A DNA stretch of 64,000 nt from contig DAIMET010000001.1 of assembly GCA_036725105.1 (NCBI GenBank), forward strand, positions 37,308-101,307, written 5' to 3'. This stretch comes from Calditrichota bacterium. Its GTDB lineage: Bacteria > Caldisericota > Caldisericia > UBA6126. This document shows positions 29,693 through 38,864 of the stretch, piece after piece; the first letter of the stretch is position 1, and each line of letters opens with the position of its first letter. The notes under the pieces were generated by a model, which was not told the origin of the DNA, did no database searches, and saw only the letters and a program-made list of their open reading frames with translations. The translations under genes and the position numbers were made by a program.

Positions 29693-30895
29693 CTATTGGT
29701 TGGGTAAAATCCACCGTTCTAAGTATAAGTTTGATTCCTCAGAATGGAATTCACTTGTCGAAAATGCTGAATAGACATTAATCAAGGTTCCGACTTGGTC
29801 GATTCTGTTAACCAATTGGTTGTCTTTTAAAGCTTGGATTTGTACAACGGAAAAAGGTATTGCATTCCCTTCTTCTATTCTCTGAACATCGGGTTTCCAT
29901 TTTGTAACCAAATAATCCTGATAAGATCCTACAACTGGTAAAACAGGTTGAGGAGGGTTTAAATAGATGCCCCGACGAATCAGAGAGCTTTCTCTATCGG
30001 CAGTACCAAAGATATAGTTGCGGAACATATCAATGTAATTGTTAATGGTCTCAAAACTATTTCGTTTAGGAGAAAAGATGTCATACGATTGGACACTGTC
30101 AGGATTTTTTTGGCAAAGAAGAAGTGCATCATGGTAAAAAAGAACTCGAGATCCACTTCGAGATTGTCGGTCCCAGTCTAATATACTGTCAGTACTCTTT
30201 TGTAGAAGAAACTGATTATCCTGAAAAGTACCCGTAAAAATACAAGGAATTCCTTCGCAATACCCTTCTCCAATCAGGTAAGGTTTTTCGTTCTTCCAAA
30301 CAAAATCAAGGGGAATAAAATCTACTACCTCTTCACCGTGACAGTTAAAGAGAACAGAATTGGTGGAAATTTTCTTCTCACGAACCCACGTCTCGATCAT
30401 ATACTCTTCAGAAAAACTAGCTCGGTCGAGCACATAGTACAAATCGGATGCAGAATCATCCAGAACCTGTGCAATATTGGGGTCGTTGGCTTGAAATTCA
30501 ACAAACTCAAAATAAGGATTAGTAGTTTCGACATATATTTTTCCGCTTGGATTTTTGGATGCTACAAATATTCTTCGGTTTCCTTGCCAGTGAAGAATAC
30601 AATCTCCTTCAACAAATCCTATTGCAGACTGATCAGAAGATAAACTGTTGGAACCAAGATCCCAAACTCCAAGATAATACTTCAATCTAGTTTCATGCAA
30701 TGGATCCTTCTCTTCAATTAAAAAGGGAATTCGATCATGATTCATTGCAAGTTGATAGGATACTTTTTTTGGCACAAATCTTGTTTGAGAAACCCATAAC
30801 AAAGAAATGGTAAAAACCAGAATCACTGCAATTGTAAAAAAAAGAAGAGGGGTGTATTTTGAGTTGTATTTGTTAAGCTGAAACCAATTACTCAT
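29693..30895 (-). CDS. hypothetical N-terminally anchored protein
   Basis: 400 aa. Single N-terminal TM helix. No recognisable motif. Confidence 0.4.
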   Translation of the reverse strand: MSNWFQLNKYNSKYTPLLFFTIAVILVFTISLLWVSQTRFVPKKVSYQLAMNHDRIPFLIEEKDPLHETRLKYYLGVWDLGSNSLSSDQSAIGFVEGDCILHWQGNRRIFVASKNPSGKIYVETTNPYFEFVEFQANDPNIAQVLDDSASDLYYVLDRASFSEEYMIETWVREKKISTNSVLFNCHGEEVVDFIPLDFVWKNEKPYLIGEGYCEGIPCIFTGTFQDNQFLLQKSTDSILDWDRQSRSGSRVLFYHDALLLCQKNPDSVQSYDIFSPKRNSFETINNYIDMFRNYIFGTADRESSLIRRGIYLNPPQPVLPVVGSYQDYLVTKWKPDVQRIEEGNAIPFSVVQIQALKDNQLVNRIDQVGTLINVYSAFSTSEFHSEESNLYLERWILPNQ

Positions 30896-30904
30896 GGTAA
30901 ACAG

Positions 30905-31438
30905 CTAGTAGGGGTAAAAAGGTTCTAGTGTGTTAATAAGCTCATGGATATGATCTTCTGTAGAAAAGATGGTCAGAACAGAGCAAGTCTGTCCATTGTA
31001 ATAGGCTGGATTAGAAAGCTCTGTAACATAACAAATAGGATGGTCTTCCCCGATGGTTAAATCTTCTTGTGGGTAGATAAAGTAACCCACGCGAGAATGA
31101 ATAATGCACTCTTCTTTGGTTGGTTTTTTCCCAAACAACAATTGGTTTTCTGCTAAAAAGCATTGAACCGATTCTGATAAACAGTCTTGGAGAGGAAGAG
31201 CGTTCACAACAAAGAAACCATCTTTGCCTTTGTACTGTGTTGGGTAGCCTTGAATGAGTCCGCAAGATTGAGGGGTCCATTCAGATGGATATTCAAACTG
31301 CACTCGAAGAATAGGATTTTGGTATAAACTTACTGCTTGGGCTTTGTTTGCTTCACTGTGGAAATGAAGCCAAACGAAAAAAACAAAAAACAACAACAAA
31401 ACAATGAGAATAAGGAATAACCAATTTTTTGTTTTCAT
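30905..31438 (-). CDS. hypothetical secreted/anchored Cys-containing protein
   Basis: Start chosen at MKTKNWLFLILIV (GGGTGG RBS). The long ORF reaches 31531. 6 Cys in the mature part. Confidence 0.4.
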   Translation of the reverse strand: MKTKNWLFLILIVLLLFFVFFVWLHFHSEANKAQAVSLYQNPILRVQFEYPSEWTPQSCGLIQGYPTQYKGKDGFFVVNALPLQDCLSESVQCFLAENQLLFGKKPTKEECIIHSRVGYFIYPQEDLTIGEDHPICYVTELSNPAYYNGQTCSVLTIFSTEDHIHELINTLEPFYPY

Positions 31439-31538
31439 AGTTAAAACCACCCAAAATAGACGTCGATCCAAAAATAAATTTTCTACATCATATTTATACA
31501 TGTTTTTTCTACAATTAGAAGGACGGTTCACTTTTCAC

Positions 31539-31566
31539 TTGCAATTCAAATTTTTTTACATATATT
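31539..31566 (+). promoter_or_regulatory. sigma70-like promoter for tRNA-Ile/tRNA-Ala
   Basis: TTGCAA, 16 nt, TATATT. 18 nt upstream of the tRNA-Ile 5' end. Confidence 0.45.
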
Positions 31567-31583
31567 CAAAAGGGCACATGTTC

Positions 31584-31660
31584 GGGCCTCTAGCTCAGTT
31601 GGTTAGAGCGCATCCCTGATAAGGATGAGGTCCCTGGTTCGAATCCAGGGAGGCCCACCA
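31584..31660 (+). tRNA. tRNA-Ile (GAT), CCA encoded
   Basis: GGGCCTCTAGCTCAGTTGGTTAGAGCGCATCCCTGATAAGGATGAGGTCCCTGGTTCGAATCCAGGGAGGCCCACCA. Clean cloverleaf. Confidence 0.95.
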
Positions 31661-31677
31661 TAATTGCTTTTTATAAT

Positions 31678-31750
31678 GGGGGTGTAGTTCAGCTGGGAGA
31701 ACGCCTCGCTTGCACCGAGGAGGTCAGCGGTTCGAATCCGCTCATCTCCA
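31678..31750 (+). tRNA. tRNA-Ala (TGC)
   Basis: GGGGGTGTAGTTCAGCTGGGAGAACGCCTCGCTTGCACCGAGGAGGTCAGCGGTTCGAATCCGCTCATCTCCA. G3-U70 pair present. No encoded CCA. Confidence 0.9.
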
Positions 31751-31767
31751 TTCCCCTGGAGGATTTA

Positions 31768-32925
31768 ATGAGAAAAATAGTATCAGCTACATTGGCTTTG
31801 TTTTTATGTTTCTCTGTCTTTTCATCATTATCTACAGCCTTGGCTGCTTCCGGACCAACTATTCGTCTAGTAACAGAAGCAGAATCGCTTTATATCGGTA
31901 CAGAATTTGCTATTCAATACAACATTGAAGAAGCATCTGATGTTTGGGCTATTGGATTTGATGCATTGTATGAAAAAGATAAATTTGAATTGATCAGCGT
32001 CGAAGAAGGTGATTTCCTAGAACAAGGTGACGTCAGCACCCTCACTACCTACAAAGATCGCAAAGAAGAAGGCGTCATCATCTTTGGTATCACTCGCACC
32101 GGAAAATCCGACGGAGTTGACGGAGATGGCACAATCATTACATTTGTCTTTAAAGCCCTTGAATTGGGCAACTTTACGTTTAACTTAAAAAATGTCTACA
32201 TCAAAGATCCTCCCGGTACCGATATCAGATCCAACGTTGAACAGCTGGACATTGAGGTGATGGAAGAAGACACAGAACCGCCTTTCCTTGAATTAACTGA
32301 AATCGGCAAAGTTGCCGAAGATACTGTAGAAATTGAAGGAAAAACAGAACCTGAAGCATCTGTTACAATCAACGAAGAAGACGTTGAAGTAGAAGAAGAT
32401 GGTTCTTTTGCCCATGAAGTTTCTCTCGAAGTTGGAGAAAATGTGTTTACCGTTATTGCTAAAGATTTAGCAGGCAATGAAACAAAAAAGACAATCACAG
32501 TAGAATACATTGAAACCGTAATCTTAAAGCTTCAAATTGGCAACAAAACTGTTTATGTAAACGATAAACCAGTGCTCATTGAAGCTGCTCCATTTGTAGA
32601 CAAAAACTCTGGACGTACATTAGTACCCATTCGTATCGTTGCTGAATCTGTTGGTGCAGAAATCGGTTGGGAAGGTACAGAACGAAAAATTACTTTAGTA
32701 CAGGGCGACACTATCATCGAGTTATGGATAGGCAAACCCATTGCAGAAGTTAATGACGTTCCAACCCCTATCGATGTGAATGCTCCCAATCTATCGCCAA
32801 TGGTGGTAAATGGTCGAACTGTTTTACCACTACGTTTTGTAGCTGAAAATTTAGGCTGTGCTATTGGATGGGATGGTGCAACGCAAACCATTACTCTCAC
32901 CTACCCCAATCCAGAAGACATGTAG
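31768..32925 (+). CDS. secreted cohesin-like domain protein with two C-terminal copper-amine-oxidase-N-like (CAO-N) wall-binding repeats
   Basis: Signal peptide. N-terminal region resembles a cohesin/Ig-like module. An acidic linker (EEDVEVEEDG). Two repeats of the ...NGRT.VP.R..AE..G..IGW... type. Confidence 0.55.
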   Translation: MRKIVSATLALFLCFSVFSSLSTALAASGPTIRLVTEAESLYIGTEFAIQYNIEEASDVWAIGFDALYEKDKFELISVEEGDFLEQGDVSTLTTYKDRKEEGVIIFGITRTGKSDGVDGDGTIITFVFKALELGNFTFNLKNVYIKDPPGTDIRSNVEQLDIEVMEEDTEPPFLELTEIGKVAEDTVEIEGKTEPEASVTINEEDVEVEEDGSFAHEVSLEVGENVFTVIAKDLAGNETKKTITVEYIETVILKLQIGNKTVYVNDKPVLIEAAPFVDKNSGRTLVPIRIVAESVGAEIGWEGTERKITLVQGDTIIELWIGKPIAEVNDVPTPIDVNAPNLSPMVVNGRTVLPLRFVAENLGCAIGWDGATQTITLTYPNPEDM

Positions 32926-32948
32926 AATATACGAAATAACCAAAAAAA

Positions 32949-32977
32949 GCCCGGGATTTCCCCGGGCTTTTTTTTTA
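32949..32977 (+). terminator. rho-independent terminator (A-tract/GC stem/T-tract, potentially bidirectional)
   Basis: aaaaaaaGCCCGGGatttcCCCGGGCttttttttt. Perfect 7-bp GC stem. Confidence 0.9.
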
Positions 32978-32990
32978 TCATTACATACAA

Positions 32991-35009
32991 ATGTTTTACC
33001 AAGTCCTTGTAAAAAACTATCCTTCTTTCTCAAATCAAACATTTACATATTATTCTGCTGAAACGCTTCCATTTGGTTCTCGTGTGCTAGTTCCTTTTGG
33101 GCCCTATCACCAGGTAAGACAAGGAATCATATTGTATCCCCTACCCTCTTTGGAGGAATCTTCTCTACCATTGCAAGCCGAGATGCCCAAAGAAATTCAC
33201 AGCGTTTTAACAACAACTCCTCAGATTCAACAAAAGCATTTTACTTTTTTCCAGTTTGCATCTTTGTATAACCTTATCCCGATCCACTCTATCTTTCTTC
33301 GTTCTGGCCTGTTTGCTGCCCAGTGGAATCCACAGACGTTTTACAAAATCCATTTTGACCAATTCGACAAGCTACAGTATTTTCGACAAAAAAAACTGCT
33401 GGAAGATTTTTTAAACAAACACCCTTCTGGTTTTACTCTTCCCAAAATTCAAAAGGCTTTAAAAATCCGGAAAAATTCTACAATTTTAAAAAAACTGGAA
33501 ACGCTAGGAATTGTAGACAAAACTTATCAACCATCCCAAGGAAGCTTGCCCTGTGAAGATTCTACAATGGTTCATTCACATCAACAATCAGCAATCTACC
33601 TGTTAAATGGGTATACACCAAATCAACGTCTAGAATACTACCTTCGGCTCATTGACAATGAATATTCAAATAGAGAAGTTTTGATCATTGTTCCAAATAG
33701 CAGAGTCAGTAAGTTGTACAAGAAAGCTTTCAGGAATAAGGACAATGTGGAGATTGAGTCTCGCGATCGGATTTTTGAACCTCAAAAGATTTTCAATCTA
33801 TTGATTGTAGAAGATTCAACTTCACAAGAATATCGATTGGAAGTACCATTTTATATTCATATTGAAAAAATGTGCATGATGAGAAGCCAAGAGTTAGCAG
33901 AACAAATTCTATTTGGAAGCTATCTTCCTTCAGTTTTAAACTATTCTGGAATAAAACACCAAAACTGCACGCATATACAATCTTCCACGTTACCCAAACA
34001 ACCTCTTACTGCACCTGAAATCAAATTCCTTGACATGAAACGAGAAATTCGAGATCACGGGTATTCTATCATTCCTTTCTCTATCCAAAAAACAATCCAG
34101 CAAACTTTACAAAATGGTAAAAAAGTATTGTTGTACATGAATCGAAAAGGATACTACAATTCATCTCTTTGTACTCACTGCGGTTATGTCATGAAATGTC
34201 CCGTTTGTAATGTCCCATTATCATACCAGCCCATCACAAACAAACTCACCTGTCGATATTGTGGATATGCCCATCCACGCACTATCAAATGCCCGGAATG
34301 CCAGTCGCCAACCATTGTGCTTCGAAGTCCCGGAACAAACAAAATTGAGGATTTTTGCAAACTTCACTTCCCAACTGCTCATATCTTACGTATCGACCGA
34401 TCTAGCCCGAACCATACGATCGAAGAGATTGAAAAAAGCAATCTATATATAGGAACGCAGAAGGTCTTTCAAGAACTTCCTTTTCATACCATCGAAAGTG
34501 TGGTTTTTTTAGAGGTAGATTCTTTTTTAAACACTCCTTCTTTTTCTTCGCAGGAAAAAGTTCTTCAATCCATAACACATCTATATGAGTCTCTGATGGT
34601 CGAAGATCAACTTCGAACTTTGTACATTCCAACTTTTGCACCAAAAAGTGAATTGTTTCGAAGTATCCAAACCAGATCGTTACGGTATTTATACGAAACA
34701 GAGCTTCAAGCAAGAAAGGATTTTCACTATCCACCATTTGTGGATATGATGGAAATATCAATCCATCACAAAGAACAACAAGTTGTTATCGAGAAAACTA
34801 AAGAATTAAAGGAACAAATCAAGTCTATCAATGGTATAACTATTGTGAGTGAAAAATTGCTAGTTGGAAGAAGTCCTCATGGAATATATCAATCTAGTAT
34901 TGTGTACCGAACCAGCAATGCAATTGAAGTTCATAAAGAGCTTGCCCTTCATTTGGATGAAACAAACAAAACCACGGGCATTCGAGTACATATACGAAAT
35001 TTGGAGTAA
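32991..35009 (+). CDS. priA: primosomal protein N' (PriA) homolog with degenerate helicase motifs
   Basis: PriA N-terminal 3'-end-binding domain (FTYYSAETLPFGSRVLVPFG). Cys-rich zinc-binding insert (CTHCGY..CPVCN..CRYCGY..CPEC). LRIDRS. In place of Walker A (GxTGSGKT) it has NGYTPNQR, and in place of DEEH it has VEDS. Confidence 0.8.
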   Translation: MFYQVLVKNYPSFSNQTFTYYSAETLPFGSRVLVPFGPYHQVRQGIILYPLPSLEESSLPLQAEMPKEIHSVLTTTPQIQQKHFTFFQFASLYNLIPIHSIFLRSGLFAAQWNPQTFYKIHFDQFDKLQYFRQKKLLEDFLNKHPSGFTLPKIQKALKIRKNSTILKKLETLGIVDKTYQPSQGSLPCEDSTMVHSHQQSAIYLLNGYTPNQRLEYYLRLIDNEYSNREVLIIVPNSRVSKLYKKAFRNKDNVEIESRDRIFEPQKIFNLLIVEDSTSQEYRLEVPFYIHIEKMCMMRSQELAEQILFGSYLPSVLNYSGIKHQNCTHIQSSTLPKQPLTAPEIKFLDMKREIRDHGYSIIPFSIQKTIQQTLQNGKKVLLYMNRKGYYNSSLCTHCGYVMKCPVCNVPLSYQPITNKLTCRYCGYAHPRTIKCPECQSPTIVLRSPGTNKIEDFCKLHFPTAHILRIDRSSPNHTIEEIEKSNLYIGTQKVFQELPFHTIESVVFLEVDSFLNTPSFSSQEKVLQSITHLYESLMVEDQLRTLYIPTFAPKSELFRSIQTRSLRYLYETELQARKDFHYPPFVDMMEISIHHKEQQVVIEKTKELKEQIKSINGITIVSEKLLVGRSPHGIYQSSIVYRTSNAIEVHKELALHLDETNKTTGIRVHIRNLE

Positions 35010-35012
35010 AGT

Positions 35013-35534
35013 ATGTTACAGGTAATTACATACGGGAATCCTGTTTTGCGAAAGAAGGCAAAATCAATTCCCAAGGTAGATGCGAAAATCTACCAGATAT
35101 TAGAAGAGATGGTATACACGATGAGGCATAATCGCGTTAAAGGATGTGGTTTAGCTGCACCGCAAGTTGGTTTGTCTCTTCGTCTTGCTGTAGTAGAACC
35201 TACTGAAAACCACTTGTTTTATCTGATCAACCCGGAAATTGTATCAAAAAAGGGATCTCAACATGATACAGAAGGTTGCTTAAGTATTCCAGGAGTATAT
35301 GGATCGGTAGAGAGATCCACTGAAATCCACTATATATCATTGGATTATAAAACGGGCAAAAAAGAAATGTACCGTGCAAAAGACTTTGCTGCAAGAGTAA
35401 TCCAACACGAAATTGACCACTTAAATGGAGTACTGTTTACTGATCATGTCCCACCTTCTGAACCATTGGAATTTATCAAAGGAGAACCGATTCCTAAGCC
35501 GCTTTTAGAAAAATACAAAGTGAAAAACTCATGA
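35013..35534 (+). CDS. def: peptide deformylase
   Basis: GCGLAAPQVG, EGCLSIPG, HEIDHLNG motifs. Confidence 0.95.
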   Translation: MLQVITYGNPVLRKKAKSIPKVDAKIYQILEEMVYTMRHNRVKGCGLAAPQVGLSLRLAVVEPTENHLFYLINPEIVSKKGSQHDTEGCLSIPGVYGSVERSTEIHYISLDYKTGKKEMYRAKDFAARVIQHEIDHLNGVLFTDHVPPSEPLEFIKGEPIPKPLLEKYKVKNS

Positions 35535-36475
35535 GTTTAAAGACCATCTTCTTTGGTTCAAGCTCCTTTTCACTCCCTTTTCTTCAGTGCTGTCGGGAGC
35601 AAACCGAAGTTTGTCATGTAGTGACTTTACCAGACACTATGAAAAATAGAGGGAAAAAACTAATTCCCAATATTGTCAAAGAAACTTCTCTTCAATCAAA
35701 ACTTTCCATTTTAACCCCATCCAGTTTGCTTGATCCTACTTTTTTAGATACTCTAACCAAATCGCAGGTCACTCTTTTTGTTACAGCATCTTATGGAAAA
35801 ATCCTCCCCAAACGTCTTCTTAACATACCCTTTCTTTTCTCTGTCAACATTCACCCATCCCTTCTTCCAAACTATCGTGGTGCTGACCCATTATTCTGGC
35901 AAATTGTTCACCAAGTAGAACAAACAGGTGTTTCTATTTTTCAAATGCAGCCATCCTTGGATAATGGACCCATATTAAAGCAAAAAGCTTTTCCCTTGCT
36001 GCCTTCCGATACATATTCGTCATTGGAACAAAAAACAATTCAGTGGGGAGTTCAGCTTCTAACAGAGCTTTTAGACGATATAAAAAACAAACGATCTCTC
36101 TCCTCTATAGAGCAACCCCCTCAAACTCCTTTTTATGCTAGAAAGCGTACATCTGCTGATGAACAAATTCACTGGAACTCGAAAGCCAAGGACATACTAG
36201 CTCTGATTCGTGCCTTCCCTCCCGAAATTGGTGCTTTCACGTGCTTTGGTGACAAACGAATCAAAATACTGCAAGCAAGCCCAGGTAGTATTGCACTCCC
36301 ACCTGACTTCTTCCCTGGTCAGATTTTCATTCAAAACAAAAGAGTATATGTAGCTTGTCAAGACAGCCCCATACAGATCCAGACTGTCAAGGTTGAAGGA
36401 AAATCGATCATGTCCGACAAAGATTTTTTAAATGGATATCTATTAAAAACAACCCAACCTTTTTTTCATGACTAA
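35531..36475 (+). CDS. fmt: methionyl-tRNA formyltransferase
   Basis: NIHPSLLPNYRGADPL (SLLP/HxSLLPxxRG motif). ATGA overlap with def. Confidence 0.9.
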   Translation: MSLKTIFFGSSSFSLPFLQCCREQTEVCHVVTLPDTMKNRGKKLIPNIVKETSLQSKLSILTPSSLLDPTFLDTLTKSQVTLFVTASYGKILPKRLLNIPFLFSVNIHPSLLPNYRGADPLFWQIVHQVEQTGVSIFQMQPSLDNGPILKQKAFPLLPSDTYSSLEQKTIQWGVQLLTELLDDIKNKRSLSSIEQPPQTPFYARKRTSADEQIHWNSKAKDILALIRAFPPEIGAFTCFGDKRIKILQASPGSIALPPDFFPGQIFIQNKRVYVACQDSPIQIQTVKVEGKSIMSDKDFLNGYLLKTTQPFFHD

Positions 36476-36947
36476 CATTCAAATTCTTTGTGTAGGAAAA
36501 GTAAAAAACTCACTTTGGCAACCTGCTGTTGAAGAATACACCAAAAGGATTTCCAGGTTCTCCACTGTGGAAATCACTGAAGTAAAAGAATACTCATTAC
36601 CTGATCAACCATCCCAAAAACAAATTGAAAATGCACTTCACAAAGAGGGTCAAGACTTGATTGGAAAAAAGAACAAGGACAGTATTGGTTTTGCTCTGGA
36701 TAGTCAGGGAAAAACTTTAAGCTCCGTGGATATTGCAAAACTTCTTGAGCAATATCTAAAAAAACAAAGTCAATCCATTTCGTTTTTTATTGGAAGTTCG
36801 TATGGATTAGGCAGTCTTATTCTCCAGCAATATCCATCCATATCGTTTTCCAAAATGACATTCCCGCATCAATTATGCAGAGTGATTTTGTTGGAACAAA
36901 TTTTCCGGGGATTCAAAATTCTTGCCGGAGAATCGTATCATAAATAA
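36468..36947 (+). CDS. rlmH: 23S rRNA (pseudouridine1915-N3)-methyltransferase RlmH
   Basis: 159 aa SPOUT protein, MTNIQILCVGKVK..., typical RlmH size and N-terminus. Confidence 0.85.
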   Translation: MTNIQILCVGKVKNSLWQPAVEEYTKRISRFSTVEITEVKEYSLPDQPSQKQIENALHKEGQDLIGKKNKDSIGFALDSQGKTLSSVDIAKLLEQYLKKQSQSISFFIGSSYGLGSLILQQYPSISFSKMTFPHQLCRVILLEQIFRGFKILAGESYHK

Positions 36948-36962
36948 ATTATGGAAATCACT

Positions 36963-37619
36963 CTACAAAGATACAATCGCCAACCATATAAAAAAGACAA
37001 CCCAGCTTAGACCCAAAGACAAATAAAAAACACATGCGATAGGTACTTTTTGAAAGTTTCGGTTGGTGGATATTTCGTACATTCTTCGCAAAATGTTTTG
37101 ATCAAAATGAACAGGGATAAACCGTGGATACAGACGGAGTGTAAATCGATTCAACAGTTTACTATATTCCACCTGCACGCTAGTTTTGTGAGAAGCAGTA
37201 AAGTATTGCCGAAAAAAAGTAAAACGACCAGGTGGTTTACCGGGCAAGGGAAAATTCGCTTTTCTCAACTCGTTTTCTAATTCAGTCACAAACTCTTCTT
37301 TGTCAAAATAAAAAAAAGAAATGACTCGATTCTTCAAGTTTGTATGCCATACAAACAAACCTAATAAGAGGAAAAAAGTAACAATGGCCCATGTCCAATG
37401 AAAGCTATTTGGATAATACAAGGAAGAACTCAATAAAAGGCTTCCTGGTATAGCCACTGTTGTAGTGAGTAATATCCAGCGCTGATGTTTTCTTGCATCC
37501 AGGATTACCGGATTTCTTTTCCACAGTAAAAGTCCAGTGAGAATCCCCGGGATACCGTATAGTGCCCACATCAAGGAAATCCAAAAGTTCATGGTTGTAC
37601 TCCTTACGATAACAAACAA
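36963..37619 (-). CDS. hypothetical membrane protein
   Basis: 218 aa. Multiple TM helices at both ends. Confidence 0.35.
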   Translation of the reverse strand: MFVIVRSTTMNFWISLMWALYGIPGILTGLLLWKRNPVILDARKHQRWILLTTTVAIPGSLLLSSSLYYPNSFHWTWAIVTFFLLLGLFVWHTNLKNRVISFFYFDKEEFVTELENELRKANFPLPGKPPGRFTFFRQYFTASHKTSVQVEYSKLLNRFTLRLYPRFIPVHFDQNILRRMYEISTNRNFQKVPIACVFYLSLGLSWVVFFIWLAIVSL

Positions 37620-37685
37620 TTCCTGGCAACGATTTACCTATATAGCAGTATACCAACGATAGAATATTTCTGGAATCAAATTTTC

Positions 37686-38807
37686 GTGTACACTGGAAGC
37701 ATGAATATTTTTATTTTATTTAAACGACCTCATTGGTTGTATTTACTTTCGTTCATTGGTCTTTTAATCTGGGGATCTATTGCTATTTTCAGCGCTACCC
37801 AGTCGTTGTACCATGAAACCAATTTTTTTCAGCAACACATTCTTTACCTCATTTTAGGTATCGTTCTTTTCATTTCAGTTTCAATGTTGAGTAGTGATTG
37901 GGTGAAGGTAGGTTCATGGCTTTTTTACTGTTTTTGTGTCTCGCTTCTGCTGGTATTGTTTGCACAGAATCTACTGCAGGGAAGCGAAACACCTTTACGG
38001 TGGATTTTTGTTGGGCCATTGTCCATCCAGCCGTCAGAACTTATGAAAATAGGATTGATTGTAGTTCTTGCTAAAGTATATTCCGAATCTGATGCACCTT
38101 CACACCTTCTATTTTTACAAGGACTCCTCATTACATCCATACCTGTTGGCTTGATTGCTTTTCAACCTGACCTTGGTACTGCCATTTCTCTTTTCATGAT
38201 TTTTCTCATCATGACATTCTTTTCTCGGATAAACTTCTTCTATTTACTCGGTTTATTTCTAAGCTCTTTAGGGATTTTATGGTTTTTTCGACAATACCTT
38301 TTTCATGAATATCAATGGAAACGAATTGTATCTTTCTTAAATCCAGAGTTGGATCCTACGGGAGAAAACTGGAGTGTCCGTCAGGCGCTTATTGCAATAG
38401 GCTCTGGAGGATTAAAAGGAAAGGGGTACTTGCAGGGTACTCAGTCAAAAATGGGTTTTCTACCCGACACAAAGTATTCAGATTTTATTTTTGCAGTCAT
38501 CGGTGAAGAATTTGGTTTTTTTGGATGCTTTATGATCATTGCACTTTTCGGAGTATTCCTTGGGTCATCCCTGTCCATTGCATTTCAAACCAAAGATTTG
38601 TTTCAAAAGTTCATGGTAGTCGGCATTGTTGGTATGTGGTTGGTGCAAATCATTATAAATATTGGCATGAATGTGGGTCTATTGCCAGTTACTGGATTGC
38701 CACTTCCTTTTGTAAGTTATGGAGGAAGTGCTTTAATCGCAAATTTCTTGTGTGCTGGTTTAATCTACCATGTTCACATTCACAAAGGTCAGATTCACTA
38801 CATCTGA
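37686..38807 (+). CDS. SEDS-family peptidoglycan glycosyltransferase (RodA/FtsW)
   Basis: 10-TM protein. C-terminal PLPFVSYGGSA motif typical of FtsW/RodA. Confidence 0.85.
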   Translation: MYTGSMNIFILFKRPHWLYLLSFIGLLIWGSIAIFSATQSLYHETNFFQQHILYLILGIVLFISVSMLSSDWVKVGSWLFYCFCVSLLLVLFAQNLLQGSETPLRWIFVGPLSIQPSELMKIGLIVVLAKVYSESDAPSHLLFLQGLLITSIPVGLIAFQPDLGTAISLFMIFLIMTFFSRINFFYLLGLFLSSLGILWFFRQYLFHEYQWKRIVSFLNPELDPTGENWSVRQALIAIGSGGLKGKGYLQGTQSKMGFLPDTKYSDFIFAVIGEEFGFFGCFMIIALFGVFLGSSLSIAFQTKDLFQKFMVVGIVGMWLVQIIINIGMNVGLLPVTGLPLPFVSYGGSALIANFLCAGLIYHVHIHKGQIHYI

Positions 38808-38864
38808 TAAAAAATGAACCCATTCACTGTTTTATTGCAATTATTGTAGGGGTATACTATTGCT

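Noticed and set aside
31404-31619. 71-aa plus-strand ORF spanning tRNA-Ile
   Set aside because: Runs through the tRNA promoter and gene. Artefact of AT-rich sequence.
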